Origin: Alphaproteobacteria bacterium
GTDB lineage: Bacteria > Pseudomonadota > Alphaproteobacteria > SP197
Length of the DNA: 64,000 nt
Reading direction: 5' to 3'
NCBI GenBank assembly: GCA_964291415.2
Contig: OZ219920.1
Coordinates: 1,344,001 to 1,408,000, forward strand
The stretch's first letter is position 1. Every line of letters begins with the position of its first letter. Shown here in pieces: positions 51,516 through 61,399 of the stretch. The position numbers were made by a program, and so were the translations under genes. Below the pieces are notes generated by a model. That model did no database searches and had not been told where the DNA came from. It saw nothing but the letters and a program-made list of their open reading frames with translations.

Positions 51516-52127
51516 ATGCTCACGTTCGATGCCCTGCCCTACCTGTGGCCCTTCCTGGTGGGTGCTCTGGCCGCCTGGCTCGTCGGTTCGCTGCCGTCAG
51601 GCCTGATCGCAGCGCGGCTCGCAGGGCGCGCCGACCTCCACGAGACCGGCTCCGGCAACATCGGCGCCACCAACGTGCTGCGCACGGCAGGACGGCTGCC
51701 CGCCGCGGTCACGCTGGCCCTCGACTACGCCAAGGGAGTGCTGGCGGTCGTGATCGGCCATGACACCGGCGGTCCCGACATGGCCGTCATCGCCTCGCTG
51801 TTCGTGGTGGTGGGTCACATGCTCAACCCGTGGCTGCGGTTTCGCGGCGGCAAGGGGGTCGCCACGGCGCTCGGCGTCGCCCTGGCCCTTTCATGGCCGT
51901 CGGGTCTGGCCATCCTGGGGGTGTGGCTGGCTGTGGCCGGCGTGACCCGGATCTCGTCTGTCTCCGGCATGGCGAGCATCATCGCGTCACCGGTCGCCAT
52001 CTGGATGATGACGAGCGACAAGCAGTACGCCGGCGTGATGATCCTCGTCGCCGTCCTGGTGGTCGTCCGTCACCACGCCAACATCCGCCGTCTCGTGACC
52101 GGAAAGGAACCGCGGATCGGCCGGTAG
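51516..52127 (+). CDS. plsY: Glycerol-3-phosphate acyltransferase PlsY
   Basis: GSGNIGATNVLR, DYAKG, FRGGKGVAT, HHANIRRL..GKE. Confidence 0.95.
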   Translation: MLTFDALPYLWPFLVGALAAWLVGSLPSGLIAARLAGRADLHETGSGNIGATNVLRTAGRLPAAVTLALDYAKGVLAVVIGHDTGGPDMAVIASLFVVVGHMLNPWLRFRGGKGVATALGVALALSWPSGLAILGVWLAVAGVTRISSVSGMASIIASPVAIWMMTSDKQYAGVMILVAVLVVVRHHANIRRLVTGKEPRIGR

Positions 52128-52261
52128 CGCACGCCGGTGCGGAGTGCCGGCGAGGCTCCTTGATGAGCGGTCCTGCACTCCCCGGAGAAGCGGCGGCCTC
52201 CTTGACGGACCGTGCGACCGGTGCCACTTAGCACGTGCCGGGCGGAATTCTGGGGATGTTC

Positions 52262-54823
52262 ATGCAGGTCGTTGTCGTTGAGTCTCCTGCCAAGGCGAAG
52301 ACCATCAGCAGGTATCTGGGTCCTGACTACACCGTGCTGGCAAGTTACGGGCACGTCAGCGATCTGCCGTCGCGCGACGGTTCCGTGCGGCCGGAACAGG
52401 ACTTCGAAATGACCTTCGAGACCAGTTCCAGGTCTCTCAAGGCACTCAACACCATCTCCACGGCACTCGACAAGGCCGAGTCCCTGGTTCTCGCCACGGA
52501 CCCCGACCGGGAAGGCGAGGCCATCGCCTGGCATGTGCTGAACTGGCTCAGGGACAAGGGTGCAACGGCGGACCGCGCGGTGAAGCGCGTGGTGTTCAAT
52601 GAAATCACCTCGGACGCCGTGCGCAGCGCGATGGCGGAACCGCGCGACATCGACATGCATCTCGTCGAGGCGCAACTGGCCAGGCGGGCTCTCGACTATC
52701 TCATCGGATTTACCCTGTCGCCGGTGCTCTGGCACAAGCTGCCCGGTTGCGACTGCAAGTCGGCCGGCCGCGTGCAATCCGTGGCGCTGCGCCTGATTTG
52801 CGAGCGCGAGGCGGAAATCGAGCGTTTCGTGCCCCGGGAGTACTGGTCGGTCGATGCCGATCTCGGAACGGCGGGCGGTGCGCTGTTCACCGCACGGCTC
52901 CATAGCCTCGATGGCGTCCGGCTCGAGAAGTTCACCCTGACCGGCGAAGCGATGGCCGGTGAGGCTGCCGCCAGCGTGCGCAGCGGCGCGTTCGCCGTCG
53001 ATTCCGTAGAGCGCAAGAAGGCCAAACGCAATCCTCCGCCCCCCTTCACCACGTCCACCCTGCAGCAGGATGCCTCGCGCAAGTTCGGCTTCAGTGTCCA
53101 GGACACCATGCGCCACGCCCAGCGCCTCTATGAGGGGCGTGACATCGGGGGCGAGACGACCGGCCTCATCACCTACATGCGCACAGACAGTGTCGTCATG
53201 TCCCAGGCGGCGATCCGGGACGCGCGGCGTCTCATTGCCGACTCATTCGGCGACGCCTACCTGCCGGATCGGCAGCGTACCTTCACGACCCGGGCGCGCA
53301 ACGCCCAGGAGGCGCACGAGGCCATCAGGCCCACGGACTTCGCTCGGACTCCCGAGGAGATGGCGCGGTATCTCGAGGACAGGGAAGCACGGCTCTACGC
53401 GCTCATCTGGAAGCGTGCTCTCGCCAGCCAGATGGCCGAGGTTCGTTTCGACCAGACCACTGTCGATATCAGGTCGCCCGCCGACGGCCACGGCGGCCGC
53501 GACATCGGATTGCGCGCCAGCGGTTCGGTGATGGTCTTCGACGGCTTCACCAGGCTTTACCGTGAATCGACCGACGGGAAGGAGAACGACTCGGGCGACA
53601 GGAGATTGCCGGATCTCGCAACGGGAGACCGACTCGAGGTCCGCGAGGTCAGGCCGCAACAGCACTTCACGGAACCGCCACCGCGGCTCACGGAGGCCAC
53701 CCTCGTCAAGCGCCTTGAGGAACTCGGCATAGGCAGGCCTTCGACCTATGCGCCCATCATCGGAGTCCTGAAGGACAAGGAGTACGTCACGCTCGAACGC
53801 AGGCAGTTCCATCCGGCTGACCGCGGACGCCTGCTCGTCGCCTTCCTCGAGACGTTCTTCGGAACCTACGTGCAATACACCTTCACGGCAGACATGGAGC
53901 AGGACCTCGACCGAATCTCCAACGGGAACGCGAACTGGAAGGCCGTGCTGCGTGAATTCTGGGACGCCTTTGAAAGAGTGACGCGTGACACCCGGAACCT
54001 CGACCTGCGGCACATCGTCGAGAGTATCGAACGAATTCTGGAAGACGACATCTATCCGGACCTGGGTGACGGCAACCGGCGTGCCTGCCCGTCCTGCAAG
54101 GACGGCACTCTCAATCTGAAACTGGGCAAGTTTGGCGCCTTTATCGGCTGTTCGGCGTATCCGGACTGCCGCTACACGAAGAATCCCTTCGACAGGAACG
54201 GCAATGCCGCACCGGAGGACAACGAACCGCGCGTCCTTGGCGAGGAGCCGCAGACCGGTCTTCCCGTCACCCTGCGCCATGGCAAGTTCGGACCTTACGT
54301 CCGCAAGGGCGAGGCCGGATCCGGATCGGCGACGGTTTCGGTTCCGGCATCCATGCCGCCATCGACGATGACGCTCGAGACAGCCCTGGCGCTCCTCGCG
54401 CTTCCGAGGGAGGTCGGCGAACATCCCGAAACGGGGTCCGTCATCACGGCCGGTATCGGGCGATACGGTCCCTACCTGAAACACGGTTCGCGTTACATCA
54501 ATCTTCAAGACGACGACGTGCTCACGATAGGACTCAACAGGGCCGTGTCGTTGATCGCCGAAAGCGGAAACACCAGACGAGGGGGGCAGGCTCTCCGGGT
54601 GCTTGGCGAACATCCGGACGATCAGCAGTCTGTCGAGGTGATGAAGGGGCGCTACGGCCCCTATGTCCGGCACAACCGGACCAATGCCTCGCTTCCTGCA
54701 GGAGTCGATCCCGGCGATGTCACTCTCGAAATGGCGCTCGATCTTCTCTCACGCAGGAAGGCCGCGCAGAAGAATCGGCGAAAGCCGCCAAGAAAGGCCA
54801 GGAAATCCGCTCGCGCCACCTGA
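52262..54823 (+). CDS. topA: DNA topoisomerase I
   Basis: VVESPAKAKTI, ATDPDREGE, SAGRVQS, LITYMRTD, GRPSTY, one Zn ribbon, G(K/R)(F/Y)GPY C-terminal repeats, basic tail. Confidence 0.97.
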   Translation: MQVVVVESPAKAKTISRYLGPDYTVLASYGHVSDLPSRDGSVRPEQDFEMTFETSSRSLKALNTISTALDKAESLVLATDPDREGEAIAWHVLNWLRDKGATADRAVKRVVFNEITSDAVRSAMAEPRDIDMHLVEAQLARRALDYLIGFTLSPVLWHKLPGCDCKSAGRVQSVALRLICEREAEIERFVPREYWSVDADLGTAGGALFTARLHSLDGVRLEKFTLTGEAMAGEAAASVRSGAFAVDSVERKKAKRNPPPPFTTSTLQQDASRKFGFSVQDTMRHAQRLYEGRDIGGETTGLITYMRTDSVVMSQAAIRDARRLIADSFGDAYLPDRQRTFTTRARNAQEAHEAIRPTDFARTPEEMARYLEDREARLYALIWKRALASQMAEVRFDQTTVDIRSPADGHGGRDIGLRASGSVMVFDGFTRLYRESTDGKENDSGDRRLPDLATGDRLEVREVRPQQHFTEPPPRLTEATLVKRLEELGIGRPSTYAPIIGVLKDKEYVTLERRQFHPADRGRLLVAFLETFFGTYVQYTFTADMEQDLDRISNGNANWKAVLREFWDAFERVTRDTRNLDLRHIVESIERILEDDIYPDLGDGNRRACPSCKDGTLNLKLGKFGAFIGCSAYPDCRYTKNPFDRNGNAAPEDNEPRVLGEEPQTGLPVTLRHGKFGPYVRKGEAGSGSATVSVPASMPPSTMTLETALALLALPREVGEHPETGSVITAGIGRYGPYLKHGSRYINLQDDDVLTIGLNRAVSLIAESGNTRRGGQALRVLGEHPDDQQSVEVMKGRYGPYVRHNRTNASLPAGVDPGDVTLEMALDLLSRRKAAQKNRRKPPRKARKSARAT

Positions 54824-54825
54824 GA

Positions 54826-56742
54826 ATGGGCCGCCGTTCCAGGGACCATGACCGGCGTGACATCGTTGTCGAGGTCATCGACCTCGACGAGGAAGGTCAT
54901 CCTCTGGCGCGCCCCGTCAAGTGGACCGGTCGCGGAGTGCCGCCACTCATCGTACTCGACATGGTCAGCGGCGGAAGGTCCCCTGCGGCAGGGGTCGGAG
55001 ATCTTGCCCTGGTCTCGGTCCGGCGCGGCACGAGCGGTGGACGACGCCATGGCAGGCTGCACCGCATCCTTCCCCGGCCTCCGGCCAGAATAGCCGGCAT
55101 CTACCAGCACATCGGACGCAGCCGTTTCATTGCCAGCACCAGCCGTCGCGAAGACCGCACCTGCGCGGTTGCGGCATGCGATGTCGACTCCGTGAGCCAC
55201 AACGACCTGGTCCTGGCAGAGCCCATCGACGACGGGAGTCTTGGACCGCCCCGCGTCCGCATCACCAGGACACTTGGCAGCTGGAGGAACGCCGGCGCCA
55301 TCAGCCTTGCTGCCATCGCCGCACACGGCATCCCTCTCGAGTTTCCGGACGACGTTCTCGTCGAAGCCAAGGCCGAGACGGCCACGAGCGACGGAGAAGA
55401 CCGCAGCGATCTTGGCGACATCCCGCTCATCACCATCGACGATGACGATGCCCGGGATCACGACGACGCCGTCTTTGCGGAACCGGACGGTGACGGCTGG
55501 TACGTCATCGTCGCCATCGCCGATGTCGCACGCCACGTCCGGCCGGCAAGCGCCCTCGACCGGGAAGCCTTCCTGCGGGGCAACTCGGTCTACTTTCCGG
55601 ACCGGGTGGTGCCCATGCTGCCGGAGGCGCTCTCCAACGACCTGTGTTCCCTCAAACCCGGAGTACCGCGTTCCTGCGTGGCGGCTCACCTGTGGATCAC
55701 CAGCCGAGGGAGGCTGCGACGCTGGCGCTTCCAGCGGGCGGTCATGTGCTCGAGGGCGCGCCTCACCTACGCCGAGGTCGAGGAACACCGCAGCGGACGT
55801 CCATCGGCCGCAACCTCCTCCCTGCCTGACCGGCTCATTGACCATCTCTACGGTGTCTTCCGGGTTCTTCTCGACGCAAGACGTCAGCGCGGCGCCTTCG
55901 AGATCGAGCGGGGAGAACGCAAGGTCACCTTCGACAGTCATGGCCGGATCGGCGAAATCGTTCTCAGACACCGTCTGGACAGTCATCGTCTCATCGAAGA
56001 GCTGATGATCGCGGCCAACGTCGCGGCGGCCCGGGAGATCGCTTCCCGCGGCAAGGCATGCCTGTTCCGGGTTCATGACCGCCCCAGCGATGAAAGACTG
56101 GAAACCCTGCGCACATTCCTTTCGATGCGCGGCCATGGATCCCTTGAGGCACACCGCCCCTCTCCGGGCGATCTTGCCCGTGTTCTGGATCGTGCCGCCG
56201 AGACCGGTGAACGCCAGACGATCGAGGACATCGTGCTGCGCTGTCAGGCCCTGGCAGCATACAGTCCGCTCAACATCGGTCACTTCGGCCTCGCACTCGA
56301 GCAGTACTGCCATTTCACCTCCCCGATCAGACGCTATGCCGATCTCCTGATCCATCGCGCACTCCTCGGTGAAACGCTTCCCGATGACCTCGAGCGCGTG
56401 AGCCGCCATCTTGGCGCCATGGAACGCAGGGCAGTCGGCGCGGAAAGGCATGCCGGTGATCACTACGTCGCCCGGTGGCTTGCAGCCCATGACCATGCCG
56501 TCATGAAGGGCTGCATATCGGGCATCGGCCGATTCGGGATCATCGTCAGGGCCGGATCCATCGAGGCCGAAGGGCTGGTGCCCGCGCGCCACCTGCCGGG
56601 CGGTCCCTTCCGTTATCAGGAATCACGTCAGACATTGCACGGCAAGACAATGCGGTATGCTCTTGGTCAGAAAGTTCAAGTAAGACTTGCAGAGTGCGAC
56701 ATAAACAACGCCTCTCTGCTCTACACGCTTGTTCGTTCCTGA
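54826..56742 (+). CDS. rnr: RNase R/II family exoribonuclease
   Basis: TIDDDDARDHDDA, SVYFPDRVVPMLP, IEELMIAAN, HFTSPIRRYADL, C-terminal S1-like domain. Confidence 0.9.
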   Translation: MGRRSRDHDRRDIVVEVIDLDEEGHPLARPVKWTGRGVPPLIVLDMVSGGRSPAAGVGDLALVSVRRGTSGGRRHGRLHRILPRPPARIAGIYQHIGRSRFIASTSRREDRTCAVAACDVDSVSHNDLVLAEPIDDGSLGPPRVRITRTLGSWRNAGAISLAAIAAHGIPLEFPDDVLVEAKAETATSDGEDRSDLGDIPLITIDDDDARDHDDAVFAEPDGDGWYVIVAIADVARHVRPASALDREAFLRGNSVYFPDRVVPMLPEALSNDLCSLKPGVPRSCVAAHLWITSRGRLRRWRFQRAVMCSRARLTYAEVEEHRSGRPSAATSSLPDRLIDHLYGVFRVLLDARRQRGAFEIERGERKVTFDSHGRIGEIVLRHRLDSHRLIEELMIAANVAAAREIASRGKACLFRVHDRPSDERLETLRTFLSMRGHGSLEAHRPSPGDLARVLDRAAETGERQTIEDIVLRCQALAAYSPLNIGHFGLALEQYCHFTSPIRRYADLLIHRALLGETLPDDLERVSRHLGAMERRAVGAERHAGDHYVARWLAAHDHAVMKGCISGIGRFGIIVRAGSIEAEGLVPARHLPGGPFRYQESRQTLHGKTMRYALGQKVQVRLAECDINNASLLYTLVRS

Positions 56743-56758
56743 TAACTTCTGTAATATT

Positions 56759-56843
56759 TTAATGCTTTATTAATACGAAGGTTACCGGCTGTACTTCAAG
56801 TGATACCTCGCCGTTTGACGGAGTGCTTCCGACGATGCATCAT
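56759..56843 (+). promoter_or_regulatory. CtrA box (TTAA-N7-TTAA) upstream of a sigma70-like promoter
   Basis: TTAA TGCTTTA TTAA at 56759-56773; TTGACG (56815-56820), 17-bp spacer, CATCAT (56838-56843). Confidence 0.65.
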
Positions 56844-56868
56844 GAATTGTGCCGGACGGGAGGGCGCC

Positions 56869-57132
56869 ATGGCATTGGCCAGAGAGATTCGCAGCGATGA
56901 TCGCGGTGTTCATGGTCGTCCCACCATCGTCCAGAGACGCTGGCTGATGAAGGGACTCGACCAGCCCGGTGGCAAGCTGCCGCTGTTCGACGAGGTCGGC
57001 CGCGAAGTCGACCCCCGTACCATACGAAGCTGCATACGCCAGGGCTGGGCGGAACCCTGGATCACCAATCCCATCAAGCCTGACTGGCTGGTCTGCCGGC
57101 TGACCGACGCCGGCCGCAGCATCCTCGTCTGA
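56869..57132 (+). CDS. Small hypothetical protein (87 aa)
   Basis: GGAGG SD and GC-rich codons; sequence GLDQPGGKLPLFD...GWAEPW..NPIKPDWLVCRLT.AGR resembles a family I recall as conserved in alphaproteobacteria (unverified). Confidence 0.75.
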   Translation: MALAREIRSDDRGVHGRPTIVQRRWLMKGLDQPGGKLPLFDEVGREVDPRTIRSCIRQGWAEPWITNPIKPDWLVCRLTDAGRSILV

Positions 57133-57156
57133 CACGTCCCGTCTGATCCGCCGTCA

Positions 57157-57858
57157 ATGGGTCGGAGTTCGCAACCGGCGCGCGGCGCCAGGCCGCGCGA
57201 TGCCGCCAGCATTGTCCTGCTTCGCGAAACCGGCGACTTGGTCGAAGTGCTGATGGGACGGCGCCGCAAACGTGCGCGGTTTCTTCCGGACATCTACGTG
57301 TTTCCCGGGGGCCGCGTCGATGCTGTCGACAGGAGTGTTGCGGACGACCGGTTTCGCCTGTCGGTGGAGACCGAACGCACCCTGAGACGCGATACCCCGA
57401 ACACCTCCCCGCTGGCCCTTGCATTGGCCGCCATTCGCGAAACCCACGAGGAAACGGGGTATCTGCTGGGTGAGCCTGCATCGGCAGACGCATTCAACCC
57501 CCTGCCCTCGACGCCTTTCTGGAGCGCCTGCCGGGAGGCGAGCATGGTGCCGGACGTGGCCGCTCTCGACTACATCATGCGGGCCCTCACGCCCACCCTG
57601 TCGCCAAGGCGTTTCAACACGCGCTTCTTTCTCGCCGACGGTGCGGCCTGCCAGGGCGACCTGCTCGTTGACGGGGAGCTCGAGGACCTTCACTGGCTGC
57701 CTCTCGACGAGGCCTTTGACCTGCCGATCATCGACGTCACGGAACTCGCCCTGACGACGGCGCGACAGCGCTGGCAGGGCCGGGCACTTGGACTCAAGCC
57801 TGCCACCATTCCCTTCGTGCACTACGTCCGTGACAGTCAGCGGATCGACCACGTCTGA
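57157..57858 (+). CDS. NUDIX hydrolase (NUDT19-like)
   Basis: PRDAAS, VFPGGRVD...AAIRETHEETG split Nudix box, TP....RRFNTRFF. Confidence 0.88.
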   Translation: MGRSSQPARGARPRDAASIVLLRETGDLVEVLMGRRRKRARFLPDIYVFPGGRVDAVDRSVADDRFRLSVETERTLRRDTPNTSPLALALAAIRETHEETGYLLGEPASADAFNPLPSTPFWSACREASMVPDVAALDYIMRALTPTLSPRRFNTRFFLADGAACQGDLLVDGELEDLHWLPLDEAFDLPIIDVTELALTTARQRWQGRALGLKPATIPFVHYVRDSQRIDHV

Positions 57859-59056
57859 GATTCGTCTGTCGCCTGGCGACAGACGACGATGCCTGATCCT
57901 GCTGATTGCGGCACTGTCGGTCGTCAGCATGACGAGTTCGCTGGTGTGGCCCATTCTCGCCGAATCCCTGAGCAACAGGGGGTACAGCGAGACCGAGATC
58001 AGCATCAGCGCCGCCGTTCAGTTCGCCGGTATCGCCATCGTGTCCCTTGTCGCCACCCGCTTCATTCCGGCGCTGGGAATCCTGGGTTCGATCGGTGTCG
58101 GCCTCGTTTTCGTCGCCATCGCACTCATCGGTCTGCCGCTCTGGCGCGACTACACCGCCTGGTGCGTGCTGAGATTCCTGCTCGGTATCGGCAACGCGCT
58201 GCTGTTCACCGCCGGCGACACCTGGATCAACCAGATTCTCGATGATCGCGTCCGTGGGAGGTGGGTGGGAATCTACACCACCGTCGGCATGGCGGGCTGG
58301 GCTGTCGGACCCCTGGTCGGCGCCAGTCTTGACCCGGAGACCGCCTGGCCCTTCCTGATCGGACTGTCGTCGGTCATCATCACGTCCGTGCTGCTCCTGC
58401 CAACCCGCAGGATCACGTTCACCTTTCCGGTCGAAGATCGCACCCACGCCGGCATCGGCCGACTCATGGTCGTGTTCCTGGCGGCGCCGACCGTGCTGTT
58501 GGCATCGGGGATGTTCGGCATTCTCGAGGGAGGGCTGCAGTCCTTCGCCCACCTCTACACCATGGACGTGATCGGAGAGGAGTTTCGCCAGACGGGATAC
58601 GCCGTCATCTGGGTGGGATCGGTCGGCGCCATCTTCTTCCAGTATCCTGTCGGATGGCTGGCCGACCGCGTTCACCGGGGCTGGCTGCTGGTCGGATGCG
58701 TCTTTGTCATCGCAGCCTGCCTGGCCCTCCTGCCATGGCTCCTCCATGGCGGCACCGGACCCTGGTGGACCGGTCCGGGCCTCCTCCTGTGGTCGGTCCT
58801 CGTCGTCTGGGGCGGCGCCATGGGCGCCGTCTTCACAGTCGGCATCACCCTGCTTGGACAACGCTTCCGTTCCGTCGACCTCGTCGCAGCCAATGCCGTC
58901 TTTTCGCTTCTCTTCGGGATCGGAGGCATGGCAGGGCCGCTGATGGTCGGCATGTCCATGGAGGAATTCGGGCCCCACGGTTTCGTGGGATCCCTCATCA
59001 TCGCCGTCATCCTCTACGGCTGCTTCGCCGCCGCCCGCCAGATCATCCGCCGGTAG
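57851..59056 (+). CDS. MFS transporter
   Basis: About 12 hydrophobic segments, LRFLLGIG, RGRWVGIY, PVGWLADRV motif A. Start uncertain (ACG at 57851 proposed). Confidence 0.88.
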   Translation, partial: TSEIRLSPGDRRRCLILLIAALSVVSMTSSLVWPILAESLSNRGYSETEISISAAVQFAGIAIVSLVATRFIPALGILGSIGVGLVFVAIALIGLPLWRDYTAWCVLRFLLGIGNALLFTAGDTWINQILDDRVRGRWVGIYTTVGMAGWAVGPLVGASLDPETAWPFLIGLSSVIITSVLLLPTRRITFTFPVEDRTHAGIGRLMVVFLAAPTVLLASGMFGILEGGLQSFAHLYTMDVIGEEFRQTGYAVIWVGSVGAIFFQYPVGWLADRVHRGWLLVGCVFVIAACLALLPWLLHGGTGPWWTGPGLLLWSVLVVWGGAMGAVFTVGITLLGQRFRSVDLVAANAVFSLLFGIGGMAGPLMVGMSMEEFGPHGFVGSLIIAVILYGCFAAARQIIRR

Positions 59057-59447
59057 CCGTCCCATCCGGTTCGCCAGACAAGCTCCGGCAAGTTCCGCTG
59101 GACGGACCACTCCCAGAGCGACGTCGCCGGTGATGGCCTGCCCCAGTCTCTCCCTGGAGCGACGCGGCGCACGATGTCCGTCTCGCCACGCTTCGCGCCA
59201 GAGGTGATCACGACGCCACCATACAGAAAGCGAGGCCCATTCGAGAGCGCTCGCCAGCATGGCATTGCGACGAGGTGTGGATCCCCGGGAGCGATTCGGA
59301 TCAATCAGACCCTGGGCGCCGCCGGAACCGGTCCACGACAGAAAACAGGTGTCGTCACTTTGGGCGAAGCACTCCGAAGCCGTCGCCAGCCCGACTTGCG
59401 CAATGGTCCTGACCTCCCTTGCCCGTTTCGGAGACAAGGTCAATTTC

Positions 59448-59462
59448 TTGACGAAAAGTCAA
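59448..59462 (+). promoter_or_regulatory. Palindromic operator overlapping a -35 element
   Basis: TTGAC-GAAAA-GTCAA about 50 nt upstream of the SBP start; the left arm is a TTGACG -35. Confidence 0.55.
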
Positions 59463-59510
59463 AAAATTGTGATCATTCCCTGCATCCACGTCAGAAGCAG
59501 GGAGGCTTCC

Positions 59511-61103
59511 ATGACAGAGATGCATTTTTCACGCCGTCACCTGATGCAGGCATCGGCGACATCCGTCGCTGCCGCCGGGTTCGCCAGTTTCCTGATGGAC
59601 CCGACGAGCGCATGGGCGCAATCGGAAAGACCGCTCAGGATCCGCAGCAATCGCGCGATCCTGTCGACCGATCCCGGTTACATGATCGGTGGCTTCGAGA
59701 TGGTCCTGCAGTTCACCTGCCTGGCGCGGCTGGCGGACTACACCGGCGGCGACAGCTGGGGCTGGAGACCAAGTCAGTTCGTGAACTCAATCGAACAGGT
59801 CGACGCCCAGACCATCAGCTTCGAACTGAAACCGGGAATCATGTGGTACGACGGCACGACGCACGAGGTCATCGGTGAACTCGATGCGGAGGACGTCAAG
59901 TACTCACTTGAGCGCATGCGCGTATCGGAGTGGAAGGACAAGGCGGTCACGCTTGACCATGTCGAGGTGACCGGCAGTCACACCGGCATCATCCACCTTA
60001 ATCAGCCGTTCGCTCCGATCTGGTACACCTGGTTCTGCGACGGCACGGGCTCGATCGTCTCGAAAAAGGCGGTTGAGGCGGTCGGCGGCACATACGACGG
60101 CATCTTCAACTTCTATTGCGGCCCCTATCGGGTTGCCGAGTGGATCCAGAAACAGAGCTATACGCTGGAACCGAACCCGCATTGGGGTGGCAGGCCGGCC
60201 GCCATCAGCAACGTCAAGTTCTTCATCATCGATGAGGAGAAAACAGCCGAGATCGCCTTCGAGGCCGGCGAAATCGACATCACCGAGATCGCCATCGACG
60301 CGATTCCGCGGCTTCAGGAGGACCCGCCCGAAGGCGCCATCGTCAAGGTCTACTCGGGCACCGCATGGTACTGGATGGGCATGAATACCGATCATCCCAA
60401 TCTGCAGGACATTCGGGTTCGAAAGGCCATCCAGCATGCGGTCGATGTTGACTCGGTCATCGAGGGCGCCTGGGCCGGCGTACCGACGCGTGCGTACGGC
60501 ATCGTGCCTCCGGGATTGATCGGGTACCGCACCGAGGGCAAGTACCAGACGCCCGATCCGGATGCGGCACGCGCGCTGATTGCCGAAGCCGGTGCCGAAG
60601 GCCGGACGATCACCTTGAAGACGATCAACAGCGCCGACCGCATTGCGGCCGCCCAGATCATCCAGGCGAACCTGGCCGATGTCGGGCTGGAACTCGAAAT
60701 CGTTCCCATGGACGCAGGCCCGTTCTGGAATCTTGGCCTGGAGACCGAGGGAGACGAGTGGAAGGACCTGGAGTTGTGGATCATAGAATACGGCGACTCG
60801 CCTGATCCCAGCCAGATGGTCCAGTGGTACATCTCCGATCAGGTCGGCATCTGGAACTGGGAGCGCTGGTCCGATCCCCAGTTCGATGAACTGTACGCGG
60901 CCGGCCTGGGCGAGACCGATGAGGTCAAGCGTCACGACATCTACGTCAGGATGCAGGAGATCATGGAGGACACCGGCGCATACGTATGGCTCATTTTCCC
61001 GCCCCAGGGCGTGATGTATCACGAGGACCTGGAACCCGCGATACAGCCCAATGGCGCCTTGTGGTACGTGGCGGATTTCGAGTGGAAGGACGACGCAACC
61101 TGA
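59511..61103 (+). CDS. ABC transporter substrate-binding protein, family 5 (Dpp/Opp-like), Tat signal
   Basis: SRRHL Tat motif, GGAGG SD, AEDVKYSLER, GPY, AFEAGEIDI, RVRKAI..AVD. Confidence 0.9.
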   Translation: MTEMHFSRRHLMQASATSVAAAGFASFLMDPTSAWAQSERPLRIRSNRAILSTDPGYMIGGFEMVLQFTCLARLADYTGGDSWGWRPSQFVNSIEQVDAQTISFELKPGIMWYDGTTHEVIGELDAEDVKYSLERMRVSEWKDKAVTLDHVEVTGSHTGIIHLNQPFAPIWYTWFCDGTGSIVSKKAVEAVGGTYDGIFNFYCGPYRVAEWIQKQSYTLEPNPHWGGRPAAISNVKFFIIDEEKTAEIAFEAGEIDITEIAIDAIPRLQEDPPEGAIVKVYSGTAWYWMGMNTDHPNLQDIRVRKAIQHAVDVDSVIEGAWAGVPTRAYGIVPPGLIGYRTEGKYQTPDPDAARALIAEAGAEGRTITLKTINSADRIAAAQIIQANLADVGLELEIVPMDAGPFWNLGLETEGDEWKDLELWIIEYGDSPDPSQMVQWYISDQVGIWNWERWSDPQFDELYAAGLGETDEVKRHDIYVRMQEIMEDTGAYVWLIFPPQGVMYHEDLEPAIQPNGALWYVADFEWKDDAT

Positions 61104-61120
61104 ACCGCGCGTGACTCGCG

Positions 61121-61157
61121 AAGGCCCCCGGCATCCCGGTGCCGGGGGCTTTCTTTT
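61121..61157 (+). terminator. Rho-independent terminator
   Basis: GCCCCCGGCA-loop-TGCCGGGGGC followed by TTTCTTTT, just after the SBP stop. Confidence 0.9.
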
Positions 61158-61399
61158 GCAATATGCGTGCCTGACTGAATACACTGTTGTTCTTCAAACT
61201 ATTCTTTCTTCATGTCTTCCCGTGCCGAATGTTCCTTGCACGAAAATGCAACGTGTCCCGTGATGAGCATGGACTTCGTCCCCAGCACAGTTTTTCGTGG
61301 TGGCGGATTTCATCTCCTGAATATTGATTGAATTCAGAATCCGTCGCTCAACCACTTGCAGTATTCCGTTCGACCCAATCAAGTTCCGGAGACTGGGAC

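Noticed and set aside
56742-56785. Imperfect inverted repeat resembling loxP arms (ATAACTTCtGTAaTA ... TAaTACGAAGgTTA)
   Set aside because: Each arm needs two insertions, the spacer is far longer than 8 bp, and no recombinase is nearby; better explained as an AT-rich promoter or hairpin around the CtrA box.
1173-59443. Many long antisense or alternate-frame ORFs (e.g. 3962-5494 +, 7151-8473 +, 54661-56592 -, 57794-59443 -)
   Set aside because: Shadow ORFs expected from high-GC codon bias opposite well-supported genes; no recognisable motifs.
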